Source: Promethearchaeota archaeon
Lineage (GTDB): Archaea > Asgardarchaeota > Lokiarchaeia > Sigyniarchaeales > SOKP01
Reading direction: 5' to 3'
Assembly (NCBI GenBank): GCA_019058365.1
Contig: JAHPZE010000001.1
Span: forward strand, 409,738 to 473,737
Length of the DNA: 64,000 bases
The notes below the pieces were generated by a model. It saw only the letters and a program-made list of their open reading frames with translations, did no database searches and was not told the DNA's origin. Below are positions 40,490 to 51,162 of this stretch, piece by piece. The position numbers and the translations under genes are program-made. How positions within the stretch are numbered: the first letter of the stretch is position 1; the number at the start of each line of letters is the position of its first letter.

Positions 40490-41851
40490 TTATTTATATA
40501 GTTTTATTATTTTTTTTCTTTTGTACCGTAGATCACAATCTGAAGGTAGTATTTTCATTTGCTCTTTGTCTAAATAGAGATTTCTTAACGATTTCATTAA
40601 TTTCGCTTTTTTACATAAGTCTTGGGCAATATAGCTATGTAATTCATTGTTGTAATTCAGGAATAAGGTATTAAGAGAATTTAACTTATAAATTGTGTGT
40701 GGTAATTCTTCTAAGTTGTTTGCTTGAAGATCTAAATATTTAATATCGGTTAAATTACCCATTGATTGAGGGAGCTCCTTTAGATTGTTACGCGCTAATA
40801 TCAATTTTTTAATATTTTTTATATTCCCTATAGATTTTGGTAGTTCTTTAATTCTGTTACTTTCCAAGTAAAGGCCTTTTAGTGATGAGAGATTTGTTAT
40901 TGAGTTAGGTAGAGTTTCCAATTGGTTAAGCTCTAAATGTAGTTCTTTGAGGTTTTTTAAATTTTCAATTTCAATTGAGATTGATGAAAAATAATTTCTT
41001 GATAAATCTATAATTTCCAATGTAGTTATTTTTGTGATTGCTTCGGGAATTTTCCCTCCTACGAAAGTTTCACTAAGAATTAGTTTTTTTAGTCGTTGGA
41101 GGTTAGAGAGTGATTTTGGAATACCTTCGATATTGAAATGACACATCTCTAATATTTCTAATGAAATTAGGTTAGAGATTTTTTCAACAAGGATGATCGG
41201 AAATTTTTGTATTGTCAAATATTCCAAGTGTAATGCTATGACTCTTCTGTCTTTAACAACAAAATAATTTAAAGGCATCCCTTCAATCTCAATATTTACC
41301 GCAGGTTTGATGACATCCTTTGTAAGAAACTTATCGATTGTTAGTATTATTTCCGCATCATTTGGACTCAATAGACTATAATATAATTCTTCTTTATCCA
41401 AGAAATCGATATAACATTCGTTGATTAAATATTCAATCACAGGTGAATACCCACTTTCTAATCGTTTAGCTATTTCTTCTTTAAACACTGCTTTTGCATT
41501 TTGATCTCCTACTTCAGTTAATTTCTTTAGTAGTGGAAAAGCAAGATTAGAATGAAGAATTTGTGTATTATACATATTCTCTACCCAAGTTTGTAAATTA
41601 GAGCAGTGTGCGATAAATTCCTGTACGGATGTTATTCCTAAGTCGGCAGGTTTGAGTTGTTTCTCGAGTCTTGAACTAAGATCTTCACTAATCTCATCTA
41701 TCGATTTAGCATTTTCATATTTTTCATTTCCTGCTGGATCCATTATCAATAAATATTTACACTGCTTAAACTCTTTACCATTAACGTAGATGACTGTCTT
41801 CCTATTTTCAAGCCTTAGTGTGATGTATTTATTGACCTTAAATTCTGCCAT
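40490..41851 (-). CDS. Leucine-rich-repeat protein with Loki-type N-terminal domain
   Basis: LxxLxLxxNxLxxLP repeats; EFKVNKYITLRLE, HCSNLQ, LHSNLAFPLLKKL. Confidence 0.9.
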   Translation of the reverse strand: MAEFKVNKYITLRLENRKTVIYVNGKEFKQCKYLLIMDPAGNEKYENAKSIDEISEDLSSRLEKQLKPADLGITSVQEFIAHCSNLQTWVENMYNTQILHSNLAFPLLKKLTEVGDQNAKAVFKEEIAKRLESGYSPVIEYLINECYIDFLDKEELYYSLLSPNDAEIILTIDKFLTKDVIKPAVNIEIEGMPLNYFVVKDRRVIALHLEYLTIQKFPIILVEKISNLISLEILEMCHFNIEGIPKSLSNLQRLKKLILSETFVGGKIPEAITKITTLEIIDLSRNYFSSISIEIENLKNLKELHLELNQLETLPNSITNLSSLKGLYLESNRIKELPKSIGNIKNIKKLILARNNLKELPQSMGNLTDIKYLDLQANNLEELPHTIYKLNSLNTLFLNYNNELHSYIAQDLCKKAKLMKSLRNLYLDKEQMKILPSDCDLRYKRKKIIKLYK

Positions 41852-42046
41852 GTTCTTTTTTTATTGTTTTCTTTAATGATAAAGAACATTTAAGAATATA
41901 AATATATAAGGAGTTATACTAATTTTTGACTGAATTGATTTTTTTATATTAAAGATTAATAATGTTTTTTTTTAACAATCCATTTTAATTTAGTGATTTT
42001 ACAATCTTTTAATTAAATAGTATAGAAGATTTTATATTAGATTAAT

Positions 42047-43534
42047 ATGACAGAAAATAACTCACAGAAAAACGAAACACAGTATGAGTATTCATTCGAA
42101 TACATTCAGAAGAAGCTAGAAGGCAAAAAAGACAGCTTCGGAATGCTCATGAAAGAGATAGTGCGAACTGGAATATGTACTGAATGTGGTACTTGTGCTG
42201 CGGTATGTCCTGTATTGGAATGGGATGATCTAGCAGGACAGCCAAAATTAATAGGAAAATGTACGGGTTGTGGCATCTGTTATAATCAGTGCCCAAGAAC
42301 TATAACAGATCCTTATCAACTCATGGGAGATTTCAAAACGGGCTACGTAGCAAATACAAACATCCCAGAAGTGATTGGAGGTCAGGATGGAGGAACAGTT
42401 ACAAGTCTACTCTGTTACTTATTTGATGAGCATTTAATCGATGCTGCTGTAGTTACAATGAAAGATCCAAGTAAACCATGGCGTCCAGTAGCGCAAATTA
42501 TAACGAGTAAGGAAGATGCTATTAAAGCTTCGGGTTCTATTTATAGTCATTCTCAAACAGTTGAAGCTCTGATGGATGCTGTACGCCAAGACTTTCGATC
42601 AATTGCATTTGTGGGTACTCCATGTAATATAGATGCTGTTTCTAAAATGTTTGATAGCCCAACGGGTATGTTAAAATATTTTATGCGGTGCCATGTTTTA
42701 AAGATTGGATTGTTCTGTATGGATTCATTTGCTCCTGAGGCTATTTATCCATTCTTTGAGAGTGAAGGGATTGACTTGTCAAAAGTTCAAAAAATGGATA
42801 TAAACAAAGGAAAGTTTCACTTATACTATGATCCACAAGGAGAGCCTTTTAAATCATATACCATTAAGCAATTAGATAAGTTTAAATCATCGAGTTGTAA
42901 TTTTTGTTTAGATCTGACCTCTGAACATGCCGATATTTCTGTGGGCAGTGTAGGTTCTGGAGCAAATAAAAATACAGTATTTGCTAGAAGCGGTATAGGC
43001 GCGGAAATTATGGAAGATGCCGCAGAAAAGGGGTATCTTAAAATTGAGCCTTTTAATGCAATTAATTTGAACGCGGTATTATTTTTAGCAAAACTCAAAA
43101 AAGTATCTCAATATACTGTTCGAAAACGAAAGGTGTTTATTGTAAGAGATGCACCTGAAGAAGAACCAAGGATTGAAACTAAGCCAGAAACAGAACAAGC
43201 TGAAGTAACACCTCCTTTAGGAACTAAAAAATTTCTGAGTGTTTCAAAAGATCTAAATGAAGAAAAGAAAACTGTAAATATTTCACTGACGAATACTATA
43301 GGTTATGTTTTAGAAGATATGAAAATTCGAATAGCAACCGTTGAAGAACTTTTCGAGAAAAAACCTTGGATAACAACTATAACAGAATTATTTCCATTTG
43401 AAACAATCGAAATTGGTTATCCTTTGGAAGGAGAACCTGGTGAGCCTGTTGTAGCTAATGTATTAGTTGAGGTTTCAACGGAAGCGTTTGGGAAAATTTT
43501 TTCTAGAACGCTAAAAGTAGCACCACAAGAATAA
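42047..43534 (+). CDS. FrhB/FdhB-family protein with C-terminal extension
   Basis: Two ferredoxin motifs, QDGGTVT, VGTPC, IGLFCMD, ADISVGSVGS. Confidence 0.88.
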   Translation: MTENNSQKNETQYEYSFEYIQKKLEGKKDSFGMLMKEIVRTGICTECGTCAAVCPVLEWDDLAGQPKLIGKCTGCGICYNQCPRTITDPYQLMGDFKTGYVANTNIPEVIGGQDGGTVTSLLCYLFDEHLIDAAVVTMKDPSKPWRPVAQIITSKEDAIKASGSIYSHSQTVEALMDAVRQDFRSIAFVGTPCNIDAVSKMFDSPTGMLKYFMRCHVLKIGLFCMDSFAPEAIYPFFESEGIDLSKVQKMDINKGKFHLYYDPQGEPFKSYTIKQLDKFKSSSCNFCLDLTSEHADISVGSVGSGANKNTVFARSGIGAEIMEDAAEKGYLKIEPFNAINLNAVLFLAKLKKVSQYTVRKRKVFIVRDAPEEEPRIETKPETEQAEVTPPLGTKKFLSVSKDLNEEKKTVNISLTNTIGYVLEDMKIRIATVEELFEKKPWITTITELFPFETIEIGYPLEGEPGEPVVANVLVEVSTEAFGKIFSRTLKVAPQE

Positions 43535-43612
43535 AAATCTAAATCAAATTTTATTAAAAAAGTTAAATGAAATAAATTATTATAAAAACCATTAAAAAAA
43601 GGAAAGTCAAAA

Positions 43613-44521
43613 ATGAAAATTAGTTTAGTTGGACTAAGTGGATGTGGAAAAACAAGCGTTTATTCTGTTGCCTTTGCTGCAAAACGGCCAGAAGAGACAA
43701 AAGGTCTTGCACCAACAATTCTTTATGAAACAAGAAGACATCCATTCCTTGGTTTACAAGTTGGAATCTTTGATTTCGGGGGGCAAGAGGAATTTCGAAA
43801 AGAATATACTGAAAAGCCAGAAGTCTTTCGCGGAACAGATATTCTTATACCTATAGTCGATTTACATGACCCACATACATTTCAAGAAGCAAAGGATTAT
43901 TTTATAAATCTATTGGATATTTATCGTAAGATGAATGAAAAACCAAAGGTTTTCTTGTTCCTTCATAAGTATGATACTGAAAATTTTCAGAAAGAACTTC
44001 TTGACACAAACGTTAAGAAAGCAAAAGATCTCTTCCTTGATATATTTAAAGACTATGATTTTGACTATATGTTAACAAGTATTTATGAGGAAGACAAATT
44101 AGCAAAGGTATTCAGAGATGTTTTGATATCAGAATATGCTGAATTAAAAACGCATGTAGAAAAAGCAGAAAAACAACTTGATGAAATTAAAGCTAAAGTC
44201 ATTATTGCTGACATTTCGGGTAATGTTATCGTTCATAATGTCCAAGGTGTTAGTAGTGGTTTAACATTAAGGGGAGATTTAAGAGATTTCATTAATGCGT
44301 GTAATACAGTGCGAGAAAATATATTTATGTCAGATTCTGCGAAGTTTGGTGGTCGAGATGGTGATGGAAAGGAAATCGAGCTTCATATTTTTAAATACAT
44401 CATTTCTGTATTGGTAATGAAATCAGGAGCATTGGATAGGGATTCCCAAGACAAACTAAATATGCTGTTAAATGACATGAAGCTTTTTGCTGATTTAATT
44501 ATATCCGCCCATACGGATTAA
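43613..44521 (+). CDS. Rag/Gtr-like small GTPase with C-terminal roadblock-like domain
   Basis: GLSGCGKTS, LAPT, DFGGQ, HKYD (His-type G4), TSIY. Confidence 0.8.
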   Translation: MKISLVGLSGCGKTSVYSVAFAAKRPEETKGLAPTILYETRRHPFLGLQVGIFDFGGQEEFRKEYTEKPEVFRGTDILIPIVDLHDPHTFQEAKDYFINLLDIYRKMNEKPKVFLFLHKYDTENFQKELLDTNVKKAKDLFLDIFKDYDFDYMLTSIYEEDKLAKVFRDVLISEYAELKTHVEKAEKQLDEIKAKVIIADISGNVIVHNVQGVSSGLTLRGDLRDFINACNTVRENIFMSDSAKFGGRDGDGKEIELHIFKYIISVLVMKSGALDRDSQDKLNMLLNDMKLFADLIISAHTD

Positions 44522-44705
44522 TCTTTAAAATAATAATAAATATTATTTTCTTCATATCTTTTTTTAATTCCAAAATTAGTTTAAAATCATTAGTAATAAA
44601 AAAAATTATAATTGAATTTTAAACTATTGGATTGATATAATTTAAAACTTATAAAAGTATATAGATACTAAATTAAATTAAATTTCAAGTAGGAGGTATA
44701 AGATA

Positions 44706-45593
44706 ATGCCGAAGGCTAAATTTAGTAATATGGAAATTGAGTATGACACATTTGGTGATCCCTCGTTAAAACCATTATTATTAATTATGGGACTTGGAGC
44801 ACAAATGATCAATTGGGACGAAGAATTTTGCACAAAGCTTGTAGAACGTGGATTTTATGTGATCAGATTCGATAATCGAGATGTTGGGTTATCCACTAAA
44901 TTCGATGAAGCAGGTGAACCAGATCTTATGAAATTATATGCACAAGTGGCAAAAGGAGAAAAAATTGAAGCGTTTTATACATTAGATGATATGGCTGATG
45001 ATGCAATTGGACTCTTAACTGCAATTAATATTGATAAAGCTCATATCTGTGGGGCATCGATGGGAGGAATGATTGCTCAAACTGTTGCATATAGACACCC
45101 TTCTCATGTTTTATCTCTTATTTCTATTATGAGCAGTACAGGTAATCCCGATTTACCCCGTCCATCACCAGAGGCAATGAAAGTGTTAATTCAGCCTTTA
45201 CCCACTGGACGTGAAGCAATTATAGAGGCTGGTGTGAATAGTATGCGTATCGTTCACGGTACAGGTATTCCTTTTGATGAAAAAAGAGCGCGTAAATTGG
45301 TAATAGCTTCATATGATCGTTCAAATTATCGAGCAGGCTATTCACGTCAATTAGCAGCAATATTGGCTAGTGGCAATCGTAAACAAGCTTTAACATCTGT
45401 AAGAGCCCCTACACTTGTAATTCATGGAGAAGCTGATCCTCTAGTTCCATTTGAAGGGGGAAAAGATACTGCGAAGACAATACCTGGAGCCGAATTATTC
45501 CTTATTAAAGGAATGGGTCATAGTTTACCACCAGAAATTTGGTCAAAAGTACTAGATGCAATTACAAAAAACGCCTCTAAAGCTTATCAATAA
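44706..45593 (+). CDS. Alpha/beta hydrolase
   Basis: FDNRDVGLS, GASMGG, HGEADPLVP, GMGH. Confidence 0.92.
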   Translation: MPKAKFSNMEIEYDTFGDPSLKPLLLIMGLGAQMINWDEEFCTKLVERGFYVIRFDNRDVGLSTKFDEAGEPDLMKLYAQVAKGEKIEAFYTLDDMADDAIGLLTAINIDKAHICGASMGGMIAQTVAYRHPSHVLSLISIMSSTGNPDLPRPSPEAMKVLIQPLPTGREAIIEAGVNSMRIVHGTGIPFDEKRARKLVIASYDRSNYRAGYSRQLAAILASGNRKQALTSVRAPTLVIHGEADPLVPFEGGKDTAKTIPGAELFLIKGMGHSLPPEIWSKVLDAITKNASKAYQ

Positions 45594-45692
45594 AAATGGA
45601 GTTATTCTTTTATATTATTTTTATTTATTTTAATGAAATCATTCAATTCTTATAACTAAAAAACCAGATTTTAATGAAAAGATGTAGTGAGA

Positions 45693-45892
45693 ATGATAAA
45701 CCGGTGTGCATGGGTTGGCACTGATCTGCAGATGAGGGAATATCATGACTTGAATTTATTCGCTGATTTGATTATATCCGTACTTATTGATTATTCTTTG
45801 AATTTATAATAAATATATTTTCGTCATATCTTTTTTACATTTCAAAATTTCAAAAATTCACTTAAAAGCATTTATTGAAGCTATAGTTGAAT
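45693..45892 (+). pseudogene. Chimeric relic: tag 5' end fused to Rag-like GTPase 3' end and flank
   Basis: 45693-45809 reads MINRCAWVGTDLQMREYHD|LNLFADLIISVLIDYSLNL*; cf. tag MVKRCAWVNNDPQMIEYHD and GTPase NDMKLFADLIISAHTD*; DNA similarity continues to match ~44520-44617. Confidence 0.9.
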
Positions 45893-46065
45893 GATTAGCA
45901 AGAATTTATTAAGGATTATATCATAAAAACACTTATTCCATTAATTATAAAATTGCTATATAGTTTTCTTTCTTGTATTAATAGTAGAATAATGGTTCTA
46001 TTGAATCTTGATATTGTTGTAATTCTAGTAATAAAAATCTTTTAAAATGAGAAATATAAGAGAAT

Positions 46066-46632
46066 TTGTCTATGGTAAAAATAAAAGCTGAAACGAAACT
46101 TAAGGTAGGTATAATCCTTCTTATAGTGGGTTTGATATTTGCTCCTATTGTTTCTATCTCCACCATGACATTAGTCTTATTACCTATTCCCGTTATTCTA
46201 ATACCTTTAGGATTGATTATCTTCTATAGAGGTTTATCAATTCAGAATAGAGGGATAATGTTAATAATTATAGGTGGAATTTTCATTACTTTATCAACAT
46301 TAACAATTAATAATGCGTTACGATTATATAGAGAACCAATATTAGCTCTATCAACTATAAATATTATATTCTGGGTTCTATGCTTTGTAGTCCCCGGTGT
46401 GGTAAAAATAACGAAGAAAATAGAATTTGATGAGAAGACTACTTACTTATATATGTTAGCTCCACTAACTACTTTTTGGTTACTTATTTATACAATAGTC
46501 ATTGCAGGCATAGCATCTAGTGCACCGGCTACATTCGCATCTTTATATTCTCAGTATTTTATTATAGCGGTGGGTGGTGGATTTTTATTAAGTCTCATCA
46601 TTGTCGGTATTTCATATTTAAGATATTATTAG
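46066..46632 (+). CDS. Multi-pass membrane protein
   Basis: About 6 hydrophobic helices. Confidence 0.75.
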   Translation: MSMVKIKAETKLKVGIILLIVGLIFAPIVSISTMTLVLLPIPVILIPLGLIIFYRGLSIQNRGIMLIIIGGIFITLSTLTINNALRLYREPILALSTINIIFWVLCFVVPGVVKITKKIEFDEKTTYLYMLAPLTTFWLLIYTIVIAGIASSAPATFASLYSQYFIIAVGGGFLLSLIIVGISYLRYY

Positions 46633-46762
46633 ATACCCAAAATAAAGCATAAATTAGTTCCTAATAATATAAGAAGTTTCCCTTAAATTAAAAAGGATTG
46701 AAAATTATAATTCAGACTTTGATAATAAATAATTTATTTGATATTTACCAATTATAAATAAA

Positions 46763-47344
46763 ATGGTAAAACGGTGTGCGTGGGTTAATAACGACCCACA
46801 GATGATAGAATATCATGATAAAGAGTGGGGTACTCCTATTCATGATGATCGGCTTCTTTTTGAATTTTTAATATTGGAGGGGGCTCAAGCGGGTTTAAGT
46901 TGGAGTAGGATATTACGAAAGCGTGAGAATTTCAGAAACGCATTTGATAATTTTGAGTATTATAAAATTGCGAAATACAATGAGCAGAATATTGAGAAAT
47001 TAATGAATAATGAAGGTATTATAAGAAATAGACATAAAATTGAAGCGGTAATTGCAAACGCTAGGGCATTATTAAAAGTTCAAAAGGAATTCGGTTCCTT
47101 TGATAAATACATCTGGAAATTTGTTAATTATAAATCAATTGATAATAAATTCAAAGAGCTTTCAGAATTACCATCTAAAACCGAGTACTCAGAACAAATG
47201 AGTAAAGATTTGAAAAAAAGAGGGTTTAAATTTATTGGTCCAACTATTTGTTATGCGTTTATACAAGCAGTTGGAATGGTAAATGATCATATGATCGATT
47301 GTTTTCGATATAATGAAATAAATCAAATTATAAGTAATAAATAG
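46763..47344 (+). CDS. tag: DNA-3-methyladenine glycosylase I
   Basis: RCAW, YHDKEWG, EGAQAGLSW, IIRNR, GMVNDH..DC. Confidence 0.96.
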   Translation: MVKRCAWVNNDPQMIEYHDKEWGTPIHDDRLLFEFLILEGAQAGLSWSRILRKRENFRNAFDNFEYYKIAKYNEQNIEKLMNNEGIIRNRHKIEAVIANARALLKVQKEFGSFDKYIWKFVNYKSIDNKFKELSELPSKTEYSEQMSKDLKKRGFKFIGPTICYAFIQAVGMVNDHMIDCFRYNEINQIISNK

Positions 47345-47414
47345 TAAAACAGATTATTTCATTATTGAGATTTTAATAATAATGTTTTTATTCTATTATA
47401 AGAGATTATAAGCT

Positions 47415-47603
47415 GTGAGATGCCAATCTTGTTTGAAGCAAGAGAATTTATATATGTGTTTTTTTACTGATAAAAACAAAGAAGTATATTTGTGTGCAGG
47501 ATGCCTTGGAAAATTGTTATTAGAGGATCCTCCTCCACCCATCTATAATATGAGTAAGTTAGCTTATACATGGAAAAAGATTGATGGTATAAAACACTCT
47601 TAA
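47415..47603 (+). CDS. Small C4 zinc-finger protein
   Basis: CQSC...CAGC plus PPPP. Confidence 0.6.
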   Translation: MRCQSCLKQENLYMCFFTDKNKEVYLCAGCLGKLLLEDPPPPIYNMSKLAYTWKKIDGIKHS

Positions 47604-48316
47604 AGTAATAGTTTCAGATCGGCTAAGGAACCTTTATAGGTGGGTTCTGGTATATGATTAACAAAATCTGTTTTTTTCCCTTCAATAAAAAACGTTTGCA
47701 TACCAAGACGCGCAACAATCATGTCTTTTTCATCATCTCCTACCATTAAACACGCATCTGCGGGGAATCCAATTTTATCTAAAATTTGTTCATAATAAAG
47801 TAAGTGTGTTAAAGATTTAGTAGCATTACTATTCTCGATAGTTGTAATTAAACGGTAAGGAAAATCGGCTACACCTGCCCATTCTAAACGTTGTTCGATT
47901 GCGGTTGCCGGAAGTATAGGTGTTGTAGCAATTACAACATCATAACCCTTATCGAAAGCAGTTTGAACAACTGATCTTGCTTCAGGTTTCTTTCGAGTAT
48001 ATTGACGTAGTTTGGAAAAATCTTGTTTATAAAATTTATCAAAAAATGGTTCAATTACTTCACGAGTATGCCCTTCCAATGGAAAAAATACATTAGCATA
48101 TACTTCTTCATTGGTAGTGTATCCATTATTCTCTTCCACAGCTCTAGATGCTTTTTGTATTTTTGAAATGAATTTTCTTGACGGCACGAGATGTGCTACA
48201 CTTTTAGCTAATAATTTTAAATAATTGGATATAAATTTATCTAAATCAACGTCTAATAATGTGCCATCTAAATCAAACAGTATTGCTTTGATTTTTTCAT
48301 CCAGACTGTTATTCAT
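47600..48316 (-). CDS. HAD-family hydrolase
   Basis: FDLDGTLL, MVGDD. Confidence 0.92.
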   Translation of the reverse strand: MNNSLDEKIKAILFDLDGTLLDVDLDKFISNYLKLLAKSVAHLVPSRKFISKIQKASRAVEENNGYTTNEEVYANVFFPLEGHTREVIEPFFDKFYKQDFSKLRQYTRKKPEARSVVQTAFDKGYDVVIATTPILPATAIEQRLEWAGVADFPYRLITTIENSNATKSLTHLLYYEQILDKIGFPADACLMVGDDEKDMIVARLGMQTFFIEGKKTDFVNHIPEPTYKGSLADLKLLL

Positions 48317-48548
48317 AACTTTACTCTATTATGATATTTAATCTTAAATGGTATAATTAAAAGTGATTCAAATTATTTTTTATTTAGATTCATAATTCAA
48401 ATAAAAAAATTGATATTCTTGAATAATGAATTATCTATAAAAAGAGAGATTGGTTATTTCCATATTTCTTATCTAATAATAAAAAGTTTTTATAAAATTC
48501 TATCTTTTTATAAAATTAAGAGAATGTAACATCATTATCTGTCTGGAC

Positions 48549-49760
48549 TTGGTAAAATTAGAGTTAACTGATTTGAACAATGGTGCTGTCTTTATCGGGG
48601 ATAAGTTAAATGTTCGCACTAAATTCAATTTTGATAAAAAAGCTGAAATTTTCTGGAGTGGAATTCATTTAATTACTCATCCTCCTTGTGCTAAAGAACT
48701 TCAAATTTCAAAAGAGGAAATATTTAGTAAAGGCAAATTTGAACCAGGTGAATATGTTCGTGAAAAATCTCTCTTAATTAAAAGTAATTTTGTCCCAACG
48801 ATAAGAAATAGAAATCTAAATTATACTCTAAAATTAAATTTAAGACAACCTAATCCAATTAATCCTGAAGATGAGTTAGTGATTAATAAAACTCATAATA
48901 TTGAGATTAACGCAAGAAATTCTGGATTTCAAGCAAAATCCCCAAAACCAATCTCATTTTCAATTTCGGGATTAAACATTCTTTTAACAAAAGATATATT
49001 TAAACCAGGAGAAACTATTAAAATCGGTTATACTTCAGAGGAACTTAAACAGCTAGAAATAAGACTTCTTCAAAATTCAAATTTGGTTTGTTATTGTGAA
49101 GCATATGGTCAAAATTGTCGTAAAGTTGAGGAACTTCCCCCAGCAATTGCAGGAGATGTTCGAACACAAAATTTTGAAAAAGATTACATGCTTCTAAAAG
49201 TTCCAGAAGTTGCTGAACTAACTTATAATTGGTTATGGTCTCCTTCTGAAAAAGAACAATTTGGATTTAGATATGGAGCTTATACAAAGTGGAGCTTGTT
49301 AATCATTGGAAAGAAGAAACCAGAATTTGGATTAGAACCAATAAAACTTGAAATTCCAATAACTATTTCTAGTGGTCCGATTTCTGAAGAAAAGGTAGGT
49401 GTGGATCTATTTTCAGAAAGTTCTGCTGCCGCATCTTCCTTATTTGATGGTATTTCAAAATTCCAGAAGATCTATAAAGTAATCTCAATTGATTCTGATA
49501 TTGAGAAATATATAATAAGAATAAAAAATATTTCCAAAAATGATTTAAAAGGAGTAACTGTCGTGATTTCGGGGTTACAAGAAGGTTTATTCGAAACTGC
49601 TTCACAATTAACAGGTTTAAATACTTGGAAAAAGGGTGAAGAAAAAGAAATCGTTTATGAAACAAAACAAAATATTACCGCACTCATCTCAATTTTAGAA
49701 GATAATAGTCAACAGAAAATTAGGATTCAATCACCAGTCTCAGAAGCAAGCTTCTTTTAA
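48549..49760 (+). CDS. Beta-sandwich protein, possibly arrestin/Vps26-like
   Basis: Tandem beta-rich domains, FKPGETI, LEIPITI; fold is inferred. Confidence 0.55.
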   Translation: MVKLELTDLNNGAVFIGDKLNVRTKFNFDKKAEIFWSGIHLITHPPCAKELQISKEEIFSKGKFEPGEYVREKSLLIKSNFVPTIRNRNLNYTLKLNLRQPNPINPEDELVINKTHNIEINARNSGFQAKSPKPISFSISGLNILLTKDIFKPGETIKIGYTSEELKQLEIRLLQNSNLVCYCEAYGQNCRKVEELPPAIAGDVRTQNFEKDYMLLKVPEVAELTYNWLWSPSEKEQFGFRYGAYTKWSLLIIGKKKPEFGLEPIKLEIPITISSGPISEEKVGVDLFSESSAAASSLFDGISKFQKIYKVISIDSDIEKYIIRIKNISKNDLKGVTVVISGLQEGLFETASQLTGLNTWKKGEEKEIVYETKQNITALISILEDNSQQKIRIQSPVSEASFF

Positions 49761-49782
49761 ACATATGCTAAGCATATGTATA

Positions 49783-50376
49783 TTAATTCATAGCAGTAAT
49801 CAGTTTATTATCATAATATTTATTTAAGACTAGCCTTAAAATATCTTCAAAACAATCCAAGATTCCTTCTCCTTTTATCGCACTTGTAAATCTTGTATCT
49901 ATGTTTTTGTATTTAGAGTATTCGATATCTCTTAAGAAATCTATTGAGTTAAATTTATCTTCTAGATCTTGTTTATTAAATGCAATGATGATCGGAAGAT
50001 TACTTATATTTTCATTAAAATATGAGATTAATTCTTGCCAAGAGATTAAATTTCTGTCATATACCTCTTCATGAGAATCTATGACAAAAATGACTCCATC
50101 AACAGCTCTTAAAGTAATGGGTCTAGTAACAAAATAGAAATCTTGTCCCGTAGTAGTATATATATGGATTTTTAATGCCCATTCTTGATTTTGAAATGTA
50201 ACTGTCCCATAATCAAAAAATAGTGTTCTATTTACAGTACTCTCAATACTATAAACATCTTTACCCTTACCAAAATGAGAAAACAAAGCCTTAATAGACG
50301 TTGTTTTTCCACTTAGAGCGGGTCCAAAATACACAATTTTAATACTTATAGTCTTGTCACAGTGATCGATAATCAA
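49783..50376 (-). CDS. MglA-like small GTPase (likely TTG start at 50376)
   Basis: KIVYFGPALSGKTT, RTLFFD, YTTTGQ, NKQD, SAIKG. Confidence 0.85.
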   Translation of the reverse strand: MIIDHCDKTISIKIVYFGPALSGKTTSIKALFSHFGKGKDVYSIESTVNRTLFFDYGTVTFQNQEWALKIHIYTTTGQDFYFVTRPITLRAVDGVIFVIDSHEEVYDRNLISWQELISYFNENISNLPIIIAFNKQDLEDKFNSIDFLRDIEYSKYKNIDTRFTSAIKGEGILDCFEDILRLVLNKYYDNKLITAMN

Positions 50377-50513
50377 TATTAAACCAACGCAATATATGTT
50401 TAATTGATAATTCAAAAATAAATTTAAAAAAACCAATATTTTTTTTATTTCATTTATAAGAAAAGTGTCAATTCTAATTTCCTTTTAAAAAAGAAAGAGG
50501 ATTAAAATCTTTA

Positions 50514-51056
50514 TTACAAAGTTTTGAATTTTAAATATAATTGCTCTATAATTGCATTGAATGCCTCAACTACTCCCTGACCTGTTTTTGCTGACGTAAA
50601 AAAGAAATTTAAAAAATTATGTTCATTAACAAGTTTTTGGATTTTTGTTGTATCTAAACTATTTTCATCCACTAAATCAACTTTATTAGCAAATAAAACA
50701 ATGGGAATATTTCCGCAATTTTTTTCTACTACTTCATACCAGTTCTTTATATGTGTAAAGCTATTTTCACCAAGTTCATTTTCTTCAAGACTATATACAA
50801 TTATTGCTGCTCTAGCCTCTTTATAAAACAGGTGATGTAGAAAATTGAAATCATCTTGACCTGCTATATCCCAGAATAATAAACTAACCATATCTCCATT
50901 AAATTCTTTGTTATATTTTGAAAATTGAGCTCCAATGGTTTTTACATAATCCTTTTCAAAGATACCCTTTGTGAAATTTTTAATTAAGGATGTTTTACCT
51001 ACTGCTCCATCTCCAACAACAACTATCTTAAATCGAAATTCCTCAAAATTCTTCAT
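50514..51056 (-). CDS. Rab-like small GTPase
   Basis: GDGAVGKTS, TIG, WDIAGQ, NKVD, TSAKTG; no C-terminal prenylation Cys. Confidence 0.92.
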   Translation of the reverse strand: MKNFEEFRFKIVVVGDGAVGKTSLIKNFTKGIFEKDYVKTIGAQFSKYNKEFNGDMVSLLFWDIAGQDDFNFLHHLFYKEARAAIIVYSLEENELGENSFTHIKNWYEVVEKNCGNIPIVLFANKVDLVDENSLDTTKIQKLVNEHNFLNFFFTSAKTGQGVVEAFNAIIEQLYLKFKTL

Positions 51057-51162
51057 TAGGTTTCTAAATTATAGTCAATTTATAATTTTTTTCTAATGTA
51101 AGATTAGGATTAGTTTAATATAAAATTTTAGGGATTTGGAGAGTTTGAATAATACAATTCTA

